From: Perkinsus chesapeaki ATCC PRA-425
Lineage: Eukaryota > Protista > Perkinsozoa
Assembly (NCBI GenBank): GCA_013115145.1
Contig: JAAPAO010000399.1
Location: 1 to 32,923, forward strand
Direction: 5' to 3'
DNA: 32,923 nt
Part shown: piece by piece, positions 30,585 to 32,923 of the stretch
Layout of the letters: each line of letters opens with the position of its first letter
Numbering within the stretch: the first letter of the stretch is position 1
The notes under the pieces: generated by a model
What the model saw: the letters and a program-made list of their open reading frames with translations, nothing else
What the model was told of the DNA's origin: nothing
Database searches by the model: none
Program-made: the position numbers and the translations under genes

Positions 30585-30918
30585 AACAACAGCACTGCCT
30601 ACAGTGATGGCCACGCTGAGCTTGTGGGACATCACGGCACAATAGCTTTCAAAACAACAGCACTGCCTACAGTGATGGCCACGCTGAGCTTGTGGGACAT
30701 CACGGCACAATAGCTTTCAAAACAAANNNNNNNNNNNNNNNNNNNNNNNNNNNNNNNNNNNNNNNNNNNNNNNNNNNNNNNNNNNNNNNNNNNNNNNNNN
30801 NNNNNNNNNNNNNNNNNNNNNNNNATCACGGCACAATAGCTTTCAAAACAACAGCACTGCCTACAGTGATGGCCACGCTGAGCTTGTGGGACATCACGAC
30901 ACAACAGCTTTCAAAACA
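30585..30918 (+). repeat. 68-bp tandem repeat spanning an assembly gap
   Basis: Unit AACAACAGCACTGCCTACAGTGATGGCCACGCTGAGCTTGTGGGACATCACGGCACAATAGCTTTCAA at 30585 and 30653, resuming after the N-run; last copy diverged. Confidence 0.95.
30727..30825. other. Scaffold gap (99 N)
   Basis: N-run in the sequence. Confidence 1.
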
Positions 30919-32923
30919 CAGAAGTGCTGAACGAAGAAGGAGGAACGTGTGCGATGTTCCTGTGTGGTTTAGAAACTTGATTACTTAGCGATTCAGTATT
31001 CATCATCATCTCCTCTCTGGGACTTACTCACTGTTATGTTCAATGATACTAGGGATGGAAGTGAGCATGTGAAACTTGCTTACTGGATTGCCGGAAAAGG
31101 GGCAAGGGAGAGTTTATCGCGTGTTGGCTGCATCAATTTACCGTATATCTTGTGACTCTTCCTCAGACAGGAAGTAGAGTGCAACTGAGGATGGCAAATA
31201 AGCATTTGCCAGTTGTCCTCGGCGTTCGCATACCAAAAGCCCTTGTCCGTTTCGCCCTGAGTTGGTATAGGCATTTATGAAACGCAAATGCAGTTTACCA
31301 TTTTTCGGCCTCGTTAAAGAAATGGGTTGCTGGAGCTCCAAGTCCGCTGAAGTTCGTGAAGATGTGCCCGTGCAGCAGGTGAGCTGGGTATTCTGCACTG
31401 CATTGCCGAAGTACTGTTGTTTAGGAAAAGGAAAATGGTAACGTTGATGAGGGTGGCTTGGGAGGCTATAATGAAGCGAAGTAAGTGGAGAGGAATCTGT
31501 TGGTATTGGCTGTCGCATTGGGGAACACAGCCTACTTGAAATATCTTAGCTTGACGCGTGCTTTGAGAGGTGCGAATAGCGATACAAGACTTCGAAAACA
31601 TGTGGTATTGCACTATTGATCTTTAAGCAGTGTCGTTGTTCTTGCTGAACACTGATGCTTGCTTTCGATATTGATGCTCTCTACCGGTGGAATCTACCGG
31701 AATTTCTCAATAATAGTTCATCTCGACGAGCATATGTGAGCGACTTAATGCATTCAATCCGACAGTGCTCGATAGACTTCATTCCATTTCCTTCGTCCAT
31801 CTCAGGCTTGTCGAGCAACATCCTAACGAGGAGCGTAATGCCCTTGCCGAGGCTTCCGGCGATGAGGTCAGTTGAGCGATTGTTACTTCTTTCACATGAC
31901 TTCAAAGTTGTTGTGACTTTTCTGTCGACTACTTCCCACCTTTTCTGGTCAATTCGCCGTACAGTGAAGCACTGTTTACCGAAAAAAGGGTGTCAAAATA
32001 GTCGTCCAAAATTTCTTTCTCTCGCAGAAAAGCGACCTGGAGAAGCTTGAGGAGCGATGGCCAAATCGCCAGAATATTGACTTCTCTATTATTACCTTTA
32101 TCTATCTCTATTCTTATAATATTAGTAATAATTATGATAATTTATATGTCAACTTGATCATATATAAATAATTGAATAACACCATCTGATGATATATTTA
32201 ATTTATTGCATGCCTTCAACCGAACCTGAGAGTTTCGCTCTGAAATTCCGAGAGTGACGTGTCTGAAACATAATAATGCATATTAACGGTCAACTACGGA
32301 AATGTTTCTGTGTCGGTAGTGATTTGCCCAACAAAACTTCGCGCGCCATGGAGGACTTGATGGATTCCCTCAGGATCCTCTACCCTTCACTTCATCCCTG
32401 CAAGAAGCTGAGCCACCACAGGAAAAGGAAGGTACGTGTCTCTTGGAGAATTCGAAATCGATAACATGGGCGAGCGCTAGTTTAGTCTCGACATTCGGGG
32501 CCAGTGTGAAGTCCAACACTTTCATTGAAATTACATTTCAAAAATGTGGGCAGTCTTTTTGGAGCTGATTCTATTGCCCCTGGCGAGATCTCAGAGGAAA
32601 TGAAATCAAACCAATTTGTATTGAAGGATTTCCTCAAGTCATTAATGACGCAGCGAAAACTGCCGCGCAATTCCGAGTAACTTCGAGCGCTTTCGTATTT
32701 CAGAGGCTGTCGAGAGTGATGGAAGGGAAGTAGAGGAGCAAGGCGGCAATGAGTAGGATTTACTGTTGATGTCTAGCAGTTGTGGACAACTTAGGGAACC
32801 TCAACTGGCTGTTGACGATGCTAAGGAGGATGCCAAGGATGAAGCAGGTGAGCTTATCTGCCATTCCTTGGTCTAATGGTGTTCTCTACTTTAATACTAG
32901 ACAGTTTTCGCATGTATAAGCAT

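Noticed and set aside
32380-32850. Acidic exon-like segments (EAVESDGREVEEQ, AVDDAKEDAKDEA|GTGAGC) and a minus-strand signal-peptide-like ORF
   Set aside because: Joining them needs a 24-nt intron or hits stops; no consistent model within the window.

Overview
Eukaryotic, intron-rich protist DNA, most likely Perkinsus (Perkinsozoa). This is inferred from an 18/19 match to the Perkinsus/dinoflagellate spliced leader (SL), 40-50 nt GT-AG introns and the style of the secreted gene families. Most ORFs in the supplied track are exon fragments or antisense shadows, so I rebuilt gene models by hand. Genes: an intronless POT/PTR peptide transporter; a 4-exon ~884-aa helical orphan; a membrane-anchored protein with 4 FN3 domains and a Cys-rich tail; a small secreted protein; a secreted 'dumbbell' (Cys domain, Thr mucin, Cys domain); and three multi-exon low-complexity or coiled-coil genes with partial models. 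Other elements: a dead Tc3-like DD34E Tc1/mariner, a probable decayed non-LTR reverse transcriptase, four tandem repeats, several long palindromes and a 99-N gap. Two signals stand out. (1) A family of tRNA-derived sequences lies sense-strand inside short spliceosomal introns; in three cases the tRNA D-loop GGTA supplies the GT donor and the T-rich tail supplies the acceptor, suggesting tRNA/SINE-derived intron creation. (2) Genomic SL relics suggest gene recycling through retroposed trans-spliced mRNA. All splice models are unverified predictions made by eye.
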